A stretch of DNA of 46,053 bases from a virus (Duplodnaviria > Heunggongvirae > Uroviricota > Caudoviricetes). The stretch lies in the IMG/VR virus record IMGVR_UViG_2541047806_000008. One strand, 5' to 3'. The translations under genes were made by a program, and so were the position numbers. The notes beneath the pieces were generated by a model. That model was given only the letters and a program-made list of their open reading frames with translations. It made no database searches and was not told the DNA's origin. Below are positions 35,754 to 44,691 of this stretch, in pieces (positions within the stretch are counted from its first letter, which is position 1; each line of letters starts with the position of its first letter).

Positions 35754-36056
35754 TCACAGCAAGTTTAAGTTCATATCTCCATACACTGCCAACACTCGTT
35801 TCATCGCGGCACTCTGGCGACACTCCTTGAAAATCAGATTCGTGCTCACCTTTCCTTCCCGTTCTTCCCTGGTAGCGAACCGGTAATACACCGTTCGCCA
35901 GACCTTACCATCAACGACCAAGATTCCTGCCCGTGCCATTTTAGCCGCAGCCTGATTTATACTGGTTACTGTTGCGCCTGTTACCGCAGCAACGTCCTGC
36001 GCACAGAAGCTCTTATGCGTCCCCAGGTAATGAATAATTGCCTCTTTGCCCGTCAT
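35754..36056 (-). CDS. ren: Ren protein
   Basis: 100 aa; matches lambda Ren as recalled (MTGKEAIIHYLGTHKSFCAQDVAAVTGATVTSINQAAAKMARAGILVVDGKVWRTVYYRFATREEREGK...) except for a divergent C-terminal tail. Confidence 0.8.
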   Translation of the reverse strand: MTGKEAIIHYLGTHKSFCAQDVAAVTGATVTSINQAAAKMARAGILVVDGKVWRTVYYRFATREEREGKVSTNLIFKECRQSAAMKRVLAVYGDMNLNLL

Positions 36057-36754
36057 ACAGTTGCTCCTTTCAGTCCGAACTTCGCTTTGATTTCTGCGAT
36101 CTTCGCCAGAGCCTGTGCACGATTTAGAGGTCTACCGCCCATGACAGGAAGTTGTTTTACTGGTTCAGGTATCGCCTCACCACGGTTAATTCGCGCGGTC
36201 ATACAAGTCAGTTCATCGGCAGCCTTGCGCCGTAATTCCGCATCAGTAAGCGCATTGGCCCGCATGTTCTGATACAGGTTGGTAACCAGCCAGTAGTGCG
36301 CGTTTGATTTCCACGGATAAGACTCTGCATCCGGATACAGGCCACGCTTCCGGCAATACTCGTAAACCATATCAACCAGCTCGCTGGTGTTTGGTAGTCC
36401 GGCAATAACGGATGCTTCTTCCCGGCACCAGGCTACAAACTGTCCGGGGGATGGCAGGAATGGTCGATTCTGCCGACGGGCTACGCGCATTCCTGCGTTA
36501 ACCTGTTCCATCGTGGTGATCCCGTTTTCCCGGAAAGCCAGAACCCACTGGCGGCGGATTTCGTTCAGTTCGTTCTGCTCACGATTAGCCAGGCTCGCCG
36601 GGAAAGTTGCCAGTAACTGGCTGAACACACCGTTGATGATCTGCGCTACCTGCTGTACCTGTGGCTTTTCGTCATACTGTTCCGGCATGTTGTTGGCGAT
36701 CCGACGCATCTGCTCACGGTCAAAGTTAACCATCTGTGCGGCGATGTTTTTCAT
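36053..36754 (-). CDS. P: Replication protein P (helicase loader)
   Basis: 233 aa; near-identical to lambda P as recalled. Confidence 0.9.
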   Translation of the reverse strand: MKNIAAQMVNFDREQMRRIANNMPEQYDEKPQVQQVAQIINGVFSQLLATFPASLANREQNELNEIRRQWVLAFRENGITTMEQVNAGMRVARRQNRPFLPSPGQFVAWCREEASVIAGLPNTSELVDMVYEYCRKRGLYPDAESYPWKSNAHYWLVTNLYQNMRANALTDAELRRKAADELTCMTARINRGEAIPEPVKQLPVMGGRPLNRAQALAKIAEIKAKFGLKGATV

Positions 36755-37680
36755 AGATCCACCCCGTAAATCCAGTCAGTGTTTGTCAGGTCGAGTTTTG
36801 GTTTGCCGACTGTCACGCCAGCCTGTTGCTTGTTCCGGTTGATTTCGAGCTGGGTCCACTTGTCGCGGAGTTTGGCCGGACTCAGCACGTTACCGGACCA
36901 GAAGTTGTCCTGGCAGGCCCAGCGGAACAGCACGCACATGTCGCGGTGGTTACGTCCGTCACGTTCACGCATCAGGCGGATATCGTTAGCCCACCCAGCA
37001 AAATTCGGTTTTCTGGCTGATGGTGCGATAGTCTTCACCATGTCAAACATCCACTCTGCGGCGGTCAGGTCTTCTGCTGTCCCCCACTTGCTGCCGCTCT
37101 GAATTGCAGCATCCGGTTTCACCACAGGAAGATCGTTTTCTGGCTGGTCAGAGGATTCGCCAGAATTCTCGGACGAAAAAGGTTTTATATTGTCTTTTGT
37201 TAGTTTGTCTTTTGTGTTTACCTGATTCGGGTAAACGCCTTTACCTGATTTGGGTAAACTTTTCTTACCTGATTCAGGTAAATTTACCTCTTTCAGGTAA
37301 ACTTTATTTTTCTTACCTGATTCGGGTAATGTTGACCATTCACTGACCACATTATTAATGCCGATATTCCGCCCGCTCTGAATAAGAATCCCACGCTTTA
37401 CCAGAACGCTTTTTGCAGCAGAACACTTGTGCGGCAATATCCCGGTCAATTCGGAAAGTTGCTCGTTGCTCACCCAATCCAGTTTTTTATTAAAGCCATA
37501 TGTTTTGCGCATGACAGCCAGGAAGACCAGAAGCTGGTGCTGTGTTAATCCGGCCAGCATCACAGCTTCCAGCAACTCATTTGCAATGCGCGTATAACCA
37601 TCATCGAGATCTGCCACGCGCGGCTCCTTTTGTGCCGCATCCGGCACTGGAAAATTGAATATCTCAGCAGTGTTTGCCAT
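36751..37680 (-). CDS. O: Replication initiator O
   Basis: Start placed at MANTAEIFNF (ATG 37678-37680, GGGAGG upstream); N-terminal domain lambda O-like (VADLDDGYTRIANELLEA), C-terminal domain lambda O-like; contains the iterons. Confidence 0.85.
   Translation of the reverse strand: MANTAEIFNFPVPDAAQKEPRVADLDDGYTRIANELLEAVMLAGLTQHQLLVFLAVMRKTYGFNKKLDWVSNEQLSELTGILPHKCSAAKSVLVKRGILIQSGRNIGINNVVSEWSTLPESGKKNKVYLKEVNLPESGKKSLPKSGKGVYPNQVNTKDKLTKDNIKPFSSENSGESSDQPENDLPVVKPDAAIQSGSKWGTAEDLTAAEWMFDMVKTIAPSARKPNFAGWANDIRLMRERDGRNHRDMCVLFRWACQDNFWSGNVLSPAKLRDKWTQLEINRNKQQAGVTVGKPKLDLTNTDWIYGVDL
37140..37335. repeat. Replication origin: 4-5 iterons (TTACCTGATTCGGGTAAA-like) with adjacent AT-rich segment, inside O
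   Basis: Iteron copies at about 37216, 37240, 37264, 37284 and 37312; AT-rich stretch at about 37160-37205. Confidence 0.7.
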
Positions 37681-37766
37681 AATTCCTCCCGCAATGAGTG
37701 TGTTACGATTTGCACCTGAAAGTCGGTTCTGTTCCAGCAGACCGGCTTTCGCCATTTCTGAACCTG

Positions 37767-38306
37767 TCATATCGCCCCCAGCATGGTAGTAACCATCGCC
37801 ATCAATGGACCAGCCAGATCTGGGTCCACACGAAACATCGATACAATACCTTCACTAATTTCCTTCAGTTTCTGGTGGCGTGGTGCGTTGAGAATGACAG
37901 CCTGTTTTGCCTCACTGAGTTCCTTTTCCATTTCAGCCAACCTAGCCATGAAGCTATCCTGCTCAACCAGGTAACCGCGATATTCCAGCGGTAGTACCGC
38001 CAGAATTGCCGGGGTCAGTTCACGCACGTTATTTCGGTATTTTTCAGAATCGAATTTGTTATCGAGGAAGCGGAACAGCTTCTGGCGTGCACGGCTGACA
38101 TCATCAGGGAAATCGATGGTGCCGCCGCCCTGCTCCCGATACTCATTCACAATGAGTGTGGCAACGACATCCTGATTATCTACAGCCGACCAGGCGCGGA
38201 CGGCATCACGGATTTTTTCGTGGCCTGGCACCTGTTTTGTTTGAGAACGATTTATCACCGCAGTCGGGCTAAATCCGCTAGTCTGTTGGTATGGAAGTGG
38301 TTGCAT
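37767..38306 (-). CDS. CII-like regulatory protein (longer than lambda CII)
   Basis: 179-aa ORF in the cII position between cro and O; not lambda CII; assignment by position and general resemblance only. Confidence 0.4.
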   Translation of the reverse strand: MQPLPYQQTSGFSPTAVINRSQTKQVPGHEKIRDAVRAWSAVDNQDVVATLIVNEYREQGGGTIDFPDDVSRARQKLFRFLDNKFDSEKYRNNVRELTPAILAVLPLEYRGYLVEQDSFMARLAEMEKELSEAKQAVILNAPRHQKLKEISEGIVSMFRVDPDLAGPLMAMVTTMLGAI

Positions 38307-38375
38307 AATTGACTCCTTTAGTTTGAATTGACTGTTAAGTTGATTGCTTATTGTTAAAGAGCGTGAAATGGAAAT

Positions 38376-38606
38376 TTAAGCTGCGTTCTTTTCGGTGTGT
38401 GGAAACAACTTCGGAAGATCCGGGCGAATCTGGTATGCCTTCACTACTCCACCAGTAGCCGTAACAATGCTGCCGACATGTTCAGGGGATACCTTTGCTT
38501 TGTTGTGAAGCCACTTATAGACGGCCTGCTGTGAAACTTCGCAAGCAGCGCCCAGTTTCTTTTGTGAACCAACGATATTGATCGCTGTTTTGATAGCTGG
38601 GTTCAT
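38376..38606 (-). CDS. Cro-like HTH repressor
   Basis: 76-aa ORF divergent from cI across an operator-rich intergenic region; HTH-like segment KKLGAACEVSQQAVYKWL. Confidence 0.6.
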   Translation of the reverse strand: MNPAIKTAINIVGSQKKLGAACEVSQQAVYKWLHNKAKVSPEHVGSIVTATGGVVKAYQIRPDLPKLFPHTEKNAA

Positions 38607-38710
38607 AACAACCTCCGTGGTTAATTTGAATCAAGATTAAAACTATGGTTGTTTTTAGTCAACAACCATTTTCGTTTGATGGAATAAAACCTTGGTTGTA
38701 CATTTGGACT
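38607..38710. promoter_or_regulatory. OR region: pR (minus strand; -35 TTGACT, 17-nt spacer, -10 TAATCT) and operators with GGTTGT/ACAACC half-sites
   Basis: On the minus strand TTGACT-N17-TAATCT (plus coordinates 38635-38662); inverted repeat ATGGTTGTT-N7-AACAACCAT at 38644-38668; further half-sites at about 38607 and 38693. Confidence 0.55.
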
Positions 38711-39400
38711 ATGAAAACAACACTCTCAGAAAGACTTAAAGAAGCCAGATTAGCGCGAGGCCTTACACAAAAGGCGCTTGGGGATTTGGTCGGGGTTAGC
38801 CAGGCTGCTATTCAGAAAATCGAAACAGGGAAAGCTAATCAAACAACTAAAATCGTGGAGATCGCGAACGCTTTGGGTGTGCGCGCAGAATGGTTATCTT
38901 CTGGCGTTGGAAATATGTCAGACAGTACAGTGCAACCAATACAATCAACTGTCAGCCATTCCAAATACTTCAAGATTGACGTTCTTGATATAGAAGTCAG
39001 TGCTGGGCCGGGAGTCATCAACCGTGAGTTTGTAGAAGTTCTACGCTCGGTTGAGTACTCGTTTGACGATGCTCGTCACATGTTCGATGGTAGGAAGGCG
39101 GAAAATATCCGCATCATTAACGTGCGTGGTGACAGCATGTCAGGAACGATCGAACCAGGTGATCTGCTGTTCGTTGATATCACAGTTAAATCTTTCGACG
39201 GTGATGGTATCTATGCGTTTCTGTACGACGACACAGCCCATGTAAAGCGCCTGCAAATGATGAAGGATAAGCTGCTGGTCATCTCTGATAACAAAAGCTA
39301 CTCACCGTGGGACCCGATCGAGAAAGACGAGATGAACCGGGTGTTCATCTTCGGTAAGGTTATTGGGAGCATGCCGCAGACGTACAGGAAGCATGGTTAA
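38711..39400 (+). CDS. CI-type repressor (N-terminal HTH, C-terminal S24 LexA-like autopeptidase)
   Basis: Start placed at MKTTLSERLKEARLARGLTQKALGDLVGVSQAAIQKIE; C-terminal region has the S24-type motifs (VRGDSM ... KRL); the track ORF is extended upstream. Confidence 0.85.
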   Translation: MKTTLSERLKEARLARGLTQKALGDLVGVSQAAIQKIETGKANQTTKIVEIANALGVRAEWLSSGVGNMSDSTVQPIQSTVSHSKYFKIDVLDIEVSAGPGVINREFVEVLRSVEYSFDDARHMFDGRKAENIRIINVRGDSMSGTIEPGDLLFVDITVKSFDGDGIYAFLYDDTAHVKRLQMMKDKLLVISDNKSYSPWDPIEKDEMNRVFIFGKVIGSMPQTYRKHG

Positions 39401-39481
39401 TAATTAGCCTGTAGCTTTTTAAGGCACACTCTTTTCAAGAATATTAAATAGAACACTATATGGCATAAACAAGGACTTAGG

Positions 39482-39955
39482 ATGGAAAAGCCTAGCTTCC
39501 CACCTCTTCTTACAGCAGGATTTCATGATATGGATAGTGATGGCATCAAGTCTCTTTGTGTCGACACCTTCCCAAAATCCGTTAGAAGAAGTATGCTATA
39601 CTGTAATTTTATACAGCTTATTGAGCAATTTAAACTTGTTAATCAGCAGTGTCTATGTTTCTCTGAAGTGTGGATCGATGGTTCATTCACTACAGAGAAA
39701 CCTGAACCTGATGACATAGATATACTCGTGGTCGTCGATTATTTGGCCCTAAACTCTTTGCCAAACACGCTGATGCCATTGGTCAGCTCATTGTTAAATA
39801 GAGATTTTATTAAAGAAAACTACAGCATTGACGTTCTTTTGCTGCCTGAAAATCATCCAGAAATCGATTATAGTGAAAGGCGAAGTTACTGGAGAGGGTG
39901 GTTTGGTTTTGATCGGAAGGAGAATCCTAAAGGCCTCGTGAGGGTAATGTTATGA
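39482..39955 (+). CDS. Nucleotidyltransferase-fold protein (Pol beta superfamily-like GS...DxD motif), first gene of rex-position operon
   Basis: 157 aa; motif WIDGSFTTEKPEPDDIDILVVVD fits the G[GS]-x9-13-DxD signature; AAGGAC RBS; relatively AT-rich. Confidence 0.45.
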   Translation: MEKPSFPPLLTAGFHDMDSDGIKSLCVDTFPKSVRRSMLYCNFIQLIEQFKLVNQQCLCFSEVWIDGSFTTEKPEPDDIDILVVVDYLALNSLPNTLMPLVSSLLNRDFIKENYSIDVLLLPENHPEIDYSERRSYWRGWFGFDRKENPKGLVRVML

Positions 39956-40884
39956 GCGAAGAAAAAACATTCAACTCCCTCAAGGAGCGAATTGCGTTCA
40001 TTCAACGCGATGTGGATCTGCTTGCTCAAAATAAGGGGAGATCATTTGCTGATGACATTATATTTAGATCACTTGACTCCCATCTGAGCGATCTCCGAGA
40101 GAGACAACGTGCAATCGATAACCAACATCCTTTACGTGATTTCATGGAGTTGAGATTAAAAGGTGTTTTGGTCGATTTCGGGTCTATTCCGTTAGATATT
40201 CTATCTGTAATTTCAGGTAATCTCGCATCCCTTGTACAGAAAGCAGTTTACCGACTTGGATCTGGGAAAGATTCTAGTCGTGTGCCGATTGATGTTAAAA
40301 AATCATTAGACATGAGATTGGCAGACTTGCGTCCAGGTTCGACGAAGTTAGGTGTTACTTTTTCTACTGGTTCTTGCGAGCTCATCGAAACAGTATCCAG
40401 TCATGCTGTTAAGGAGATTTTTGCACTACTCTCATCCATTGATGAAGAAACATTCACGGCTAAAATTGCCGAAATTGGTTCGCAATCAACAGCTAACCTA
40501 AAAAACATCATAAATGAGTGCGAAAAATATAGTCTTAACTTTGATCTTACTTGGATTGGACCTTTAAGTGATGGTACCAGACAAGTGTCAATTTCTTCAG
40601 AAGATATAAAAAAACTGAATGCTCGCTTAGCTTTAACGAAGGTCATTCAGCTACCGGATGAGCATATATCAGGCGAACTTGCTATTTTATCCATGTACGG
40701 GAAATTGGAGATTGCAAGCGAGCTTGGAAAAATAAAGGCTTCTTATCCGATTGATATGTTAGGAGAAATTCAAAGTAAATATAAAGTTGGTGAACGAATA
40801 TCGCTCGTAGTAAGCGTTTCTGAGATTCACAATGAAAGATTAGGAACATCACGACGTAACTACATGGTTAAAAAAATCGAATAG
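39952..40884 (+). CDS. Hypothetical protein (310 aa), second gene of rex-position operon
   Basis: Start ATG overlaps the upstream stop (ATGA at 39952-39955); no TM segment evident; no family recognised. Confidence 0.45.
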   Translation: MSEEKTFNSLKERIAFIQRDVDLLAQNKGRSFADDIIFRSLDSHLSDLRERQRAIDNQHPLRDFMELRLKGVLVDFGSIPLDILSVISGNLASLVQKAVYRLGSGKDSSRVPIDVKKSLDMRLADLRPGSTKLGVTFSTGSCELIETVSSHAVKEIFALLSSIDEETFTAKIAEIGSQSTANLKNIINECEKYSLNFDLTWIGPLSDGTRQVSISSEDIKKLNARLALTKVIQLPDEHISGELAILSMYGKLEIASELGKIKASYPIDMLGEIQSKYKVGERISLVVSVSEIHNERLGTSRRNYMVKKIE

Positions 40885-40892
40885 TGATGCTA

Positions 40893-40919
40893 CCCGGCCA
40901 CCGTGCCGGGTTTTCTTTT
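40893..40919 (+). terminator. Intrinsic terminator ending the cI / rex-position operon
   Basis: CCCGGC-CACCGT-GCCGGG followed by TTTTCTTTT on the plus strand, 9 nt after the stop. Confidence 0.6.
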
Positions 40920-41009
40920 GCCCTCCCCTCATCACACACACCGTTAAAAAAACCACCATAACCTCGCTTCAGTTATCGCTATGCGATTCAAGTCACAAAA
41001 TAAATCCAT

Positions 41010-41100
41010 CCTAAATACAACCAGTTATATCTAAAACAACCAATAAAACAACTTTTGTTGTTGACGATAAAACAACTATAGTTTTAAATAAGTTCATCGC
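41010..41100 (+). promoter_or_regulatory. OL / pL region (candidate -35 TTGACG 41061-41066, -10 about 41084-41090) with ACAAC half-site operators
   Basis: GTTGTTGACGATAAAACAACTATAGTTTTAAATAAG closely resembles the pR segment GTTGTTGACTAAAAACAACCATAGTTTTAATCTTG; inverted repeat AACAAC-TTTT-GTTGTT at about 41047-41062. Confidence 0.4.
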
Positions 41101-41282
41101 AACAACACAACGATACGGCAACTACCTGATTCACCGTTGCGATGACCGCTTAGATCCGCAGCTTGAATTTCAGCAGGCTTCGGGGAGTGCGAGGGATGAA
41201 ACGGACGCGTGAACGTCGGTGTGACCAGCTGAAATCAACTCAACATTTCATACCTTAGTCGCTTCAACGAGGCGGCTTAGTT

Positions 41283-41573
41283 ATGACAACCGGCGGCCAT
41301 CCACCGCCTGAATACGCGCAGAAGTCTTTATATGTTCAGCAGCCCAGCTTACGGGCAGGAGTTTTTATGGTTCATCAACATTACGGAACGCAGACCGTTA
41401 ATCGCGGTGCGGTCATGCCAGGAATGCTGGTCAAACGCAAAGATGGTACCTGGACTGCATCAGCTAATTTACGCGGACGACTTTATCTGCATCGCGGCAT
41501 TGAGCGCACTTATACCCGTGACTTGCTCGTGGAAGTTTTTCTCGACGGACGCGGCAACGGTCTGAATCACTAA
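41283..41573 (+). CDS. Hypothetical early-left protein (kil position); likely true start at 41367
   Basis: 96-aa track ORF; an internal ATG at 41367 has a GGAG RBS (68 aa from MVHQHYGTQTVNRG...); not Arg-rich, so not an N-like antiterminator. Confidence 0.3.
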   Translation: MTTGGHPPPEYAQKSLYVQQPSLRAGVFMVHQHYGTQTVNRGAVMPGMLVKRKDGTWTASANLRGRLYLHRGIERTYTRDLLVEVFLDGRGNGLNH

Positions 41574-41648
41574 TCCCCTTTCCTGTTTTCCGAATCAGCC
41601 TGGCATTCCGCGGGCGATTTTTTCACAGCCATTTTCAGGAGTTCAGCC

Positions 41649-41945
41649 ATGAACGCTTATTACATTCAGGATCGTCTTGAGGCTCAGAGCTGGGCGCGTC
41701 ACTACCAGCAGATCGCCCGTGAAGAGAAAGAGGCAGAACTGGCAGACGACATGGAAAAAGGCCTGCCCCAGCACCTGTTTGAATCGCTATGCATCGATCA
41801 TTTGCAACGCCACGGGGCCAGCAAAAAAGCCATTACCCGTGCGTTTGATGACGATGTTGAGTTTCAGGAGCGCATGGCAGAACACATCCGGTACATGGTT
41901 GAAACCATTGCTCACCACCAGGTTGATATTGATTCAGAGGTATAA
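41649..41945 (+). CDS. gam: Gam (RecBCD inhibitor), short form
   Basis: 98 aa; matches the lambda Gam short form as recalled ([21 protein letters not shown]...[10 protein letters not shown]). Confidence 0.85.
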   Translation: MNAYYIQDRLEAQSWARHYQQIAREEKEAELADDMEKGLPQHLFESLCIDHLQRHGASKKAITRAFDDDVEFQERMAEHIRYMVETIAHHQVDIDSEV

Positions 41946-41950
41946 AACGG

Positions 41951-42736
41951 ATGAGTACAGCACTCGCAACGCTGGCAGGGAAGCTGGCTGAACGTGTCGG
42001 CATGGATTCTGTCGACCCACAGGAACTGATCACCACTCTTCGCCAGACGGCATTTAAAGGTGATGCCAGCGATGCGCAGTTCATCGCATTACTGATCGTT
42101 GCCAACCAGTACGGCCTTAATCCATGGACGAAAGAAATTTACGCCTTTCCTGATAAGCAGAATGGCATCGTTCCGGTGGTGGGCGTTGATGGCTGGTCCC
42201 GCATCATCAATGAAAACCAGCAGTTTGATGGTATGGACTTTGAGCAGGACAATGAATCCTGCACATGCCGGATTTACCGCAAGGACCGCAATCATCCGAT
42301 CTGCGTTACCGAGTGGATGGATGAATGCCGCCGCGAACCATTCAAAACCCGCGAAGGCAGAGAAATCACCGGACCGTGGCAGTCGCATCCCAAACGGATG
42401 TTACGTCATAAAGCCATGATTCAGTGTGCCCGTCTGGCCTTCGGATTTGCTGGTATCTATGACAAGGATGAAGCCGAGCGCATTGTCGAAAATACCGCAT
42501 ACACTGCAGAACGTCAGCCGGAACGCGACATCACTCCGGTTAACGATGAAACCATGCAGGAGATTAACACTCTGCTGATCGCCCTGGATAAAACATGGGA
42601 TGACGACTTATTGCCGCTCTGTTCCCAGATATTTCGCCGCGACATTCGCGCATCGTCAGAACTGACACAGGCCGAAGCAGTGAAAGCTCTTGGATTCCTG
42701 AAACAGAAAGCCACTGAGCAGAAGGTGGCAGCATGA
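41951..42736 (+). CDS. bet: Bet single-strand annealing protein
   Basis: 261 aa; near-identical to lambda Bet as recalled. Confidence 0.95.
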   Translation: MSTALATLAGKLAERVGMDSVDPQELITTLRQTAFKGDASDAQFIALLIVANQYGLNPWTKEIYAFPDKQNGIVPVVGVDGWSRIINENQQFDGMDFEQDNESCTCRIYRKDRNHPICVTEWMDECRREPFKTREGREITGPWQSHPKRMLRHKAMIQCARLAFGFAGIYDKDEAERIVENTAYTAERQPERDITPVNDETMQEINTLLIALDKTWDDDLLPLCSQIFRRDIRASSELTQAEAVKALGFLKQKATEQKVAA

Positions 42737-43413
42737 CACCGGACATTATCCTGCAGCGTACCGGGATCGACGTGAGAGCTGTCGAACAGGGGGATGATGC
42801 ATGGCACAAATTACGGCTCGGCGTCATCACCGCTTCAGAAGTTCACAACGTGATAGCAAAGCCCCGCTCAGGAAAGAAGTGGCCTGACATGAAAATGTCC
42901 TACTTCCACACCCTGCTGGCTGAGGTTTGCACCGGTGTGGCTCCGGAAGTTAATGCTAAGGCGCTGGCCTGGGGAAAACAGTACGAGAACGACGCCAGAG
43001 CCCTGTTTGAGTTTACTTCCGGCGTGAATGTTACTGAATCCCCGATCATCTATCGCGACGAAAGTATGCGCACCGCCTGCTCTCCCGATGGTTTATGCAG
43101 TGACGGCAACGGCCTTGAACTGAAATGCCCGTTTACCTCCCGGGATTTCATGAAATTCCGGCTCGGTGGTTTCGAGGCCATAAAGTCGGCTTACATGGCC
43201 CAGGTGCAGTACAGCATGTGGGTGACGCGAAAAGATGCCTGGTACTTTGCCAACTATGACCCACGAATGAAGCGTGAAGGCCTGCATTATGTCGTGGTTG
43301 AGCGGGATGAAAATTACATGGCGAGTTTTGACGAGATGGTGCCGGAGTTCATCGAAAAAATGGACGAGGCACTGGCTGAAATTGGTTTTGTATTTGGGGA
43401 GCAATGGCGATGA
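42733..43413 (+). CDS. exo: Exo 5-prime to 3-prime exonuclease
   Basis: 226 aa; near-identical to lambda Exo as recalled. Confidence 0.95.
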   Translation: MTPDIILQRTGIDVRAVEQGDDAWHKLRLGVITASEVHNVIAKPRSGKKWPDMKMSYFHTLLAEVCTGVAPEVNAKALAWGKQYENDARALFEFTSGVNVTESPIIYRDESMRTACSPDGLCSDGNGLELKCPFTSRDFMKFRLGGFEAIKSAYMAQVQYSMWVTRKDAWYFANYDPRMKREGLHYVVVERDENYMASFDEMVPEFIEKMDEALAEIGFVFGEQWR

Positions 43414-43592
43414 CGCATCCTCACGATAATATCCGGGTAGGCGCGATCACTTTCGTCTACTCCATTACAAAGCGAGGCTGGGTATTTCCCGGCCTTTCTG
43501 TTATCAGAAATCCCCTGAAAGCACAGCGGCTGGCTGAGAAGATAAATAATAAACGGGAGGCGGTATGCACAAAGCATCTCCTGTTGAGTTAA
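43404..43592 (+). CDS. Hypothetical small protein (lambda b-region-like small ORF)
   Basis: 62-aa ORF in the exo-xis interval; call is positional. Confidence 0.3.
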   Translation: MAMTHPHDNIRVGAITFVYSITKRGWVFPGLSVIRNPLKAQRLAEKINNKREAVCTKHLLLS

Positions 43593-43756
43593 GAACGAGT
43601 ATTGAGATGGCACATAGCCTTGCTCAAATTGGAGTCAGGTTTGTGCCAATACCAGTAGAAACAGACGAAGAATTTCATACGTTAGCCGCATCCCTTTCAC
43701 AAAAGCTGGAAATGATGGTGGCGAAAGCAGAAGCAGATGAGAGAGACCCGGTATGA
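43565..43756 (+). CDS. Hypothetical small protein
   Basis: 63-aa ORF in the exo-xis interval. Confidence 0.3.
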   Translation: MHKASPVELRTSIEMAHSLAQIGVRFVPIPVETDEEFHTLAASLSQKLEMMVAKAEADERDPV

Positions 43757-44054
43757 CAGCCACGGAATGCATTTTTCTGGCAGCGGGCTTCATATTCTGT
43801 GTGCTTATGCTTGCCGACATGGGACTTGTTCAATGACACCTCAGCAGGAAAACGCCCTTCGCAGCATTGCCCGTCAGGCTAATTCTGAAATCAAAAAAGC
43901 CAGACAGCAGTTTCCGGATAAAAACGTCGATGACATTTGCCGTAGCGTACTGAAGAAGCACCGTGAAACGGTAACGCTGATGGGATTCACACCGACTCAT
44001 TTAAGCCTGGCGATCGGCATGTTAAACGGCGTCTTTAAGGAACGGTTAACATGA
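43737..44054 (+). CDS. Hypothetical protein (start uncertain; possibly at internal MTPQQENAL)
   Basis: 105-aa track ORF in the exo-xis interval. Confidence 0.3.
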   Translation: MRETRYDSHGMHFSGSGLHILCAYACRHGTCSMTPQQENALRSIARQANSEIKKARQQFPDKNVDDICRSVLKKHRETVTLMGFTPTHLSLAIGMLNGVFKERLT

Positions 44055-44146
44055 AAAGCAAAATCATCAGGGAGCTACAGGCTCCTTTTTTATTGTTCGC
44101 ATTCATCCTCAAGCGTATTAACCAACAATTCAGGGATTAATGGAAG

Positions 44147-44365
44147 ATGGCAGACATCATTGATTCAGCATCAGAAATCGAAGAATTACAGCGCAATACA
44201 GCAATAAAAATGCGTCGTCTGAACTACCAGACTGTATCCGCAACTCATTGTTGTGAGTGTGGCGATCCGATAGATGAGCGAAGACGCCTGGCTGTTCAGG
44301 GTTGTCGGACTTGTGCAAGTTGCCAGGAGGAGATCGAACTTAAGAACAAACAATGGGGACTATGA
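44147..44365 (+). CDS. TraR/DksA-family C4 zinc-finger protein
   Basis: 72 aa with CxxC-x17-CxxC (CCECGDPIDERRRLAVQGCRTCASC); a TraR-like ORF is common in the lambda exo-xis region. Confidence 0.6.
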   Translation: MADIIDSASEIEELQRNTAIKMRRLNYQTVSATHCCECGDPIDERRRLAVQGCRTCASCQEEIELKNKQWGL

Positions 44366-44412
44366 TGGCCTCAAAGCAGCAAATTTCAACATCGTCCAAC
44401 TGAGGTGTAAAA

Positions 44413-44691
44413 ATGTTCAGAATCATTTTTCCTAACACCTGGTACGTCGACCACCACGGCACTCCCTGCAAAATCCTGCGTTCTACCCACAACAAAGTTC
44501 ACTACATCCGAAAAGGCAGAACATGTATCGCCAGCATGTTCCGCTTTAATCATGACTTTGAACCTGTGAATAAAGCTGATGCAGATCGGATAGCAGAAGA
44601 GATCGAAACGGCAGAACACATTAAGAAGTTACGTGACATGCGTTCAAAAAGCAGAGGTAACCATGGAATCATACAGCCTCACACTCGATGA
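44413..44691 (+). CDS. Hypothetical protein
   Basis: 92-aa ORF upstream of xis. Confidence 0.3.
   Translation: MFRIIFPNTWYVDHHGTPCKILRSTHNKVHYIRKGRTCIASMFRFNHDFEPVNKADADRIAEEIETAEHIKKLRDMRSKSRGNHGIIQPHTR

Noticed and set aside
36387-37102. Plus-strand ORFs antisense to O and P (36387-36842, 36779-37102, 36826-37020)
   Set aside because: Antisense to near-lambda-identical replication genes; no domain signal.
39482-40884. Calling the rex-position pair a HEPN/MNT toxin-antitoxin pair
   Set aside because: Only the first protein shows a nucleotidyltransferase-like motif. The second is 310 aa, far larger than typical HEPN partners, and the single R-x5-H match (RAIDNQH) near its N-terminus could be chance, so the module is left unclassified.
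41283-41573. Calling this ORF the N antiterminator
   Set aside because: It sits where N might be expected, but the protein lacks an N-terminal arginine-rich motif and is not basic overall.
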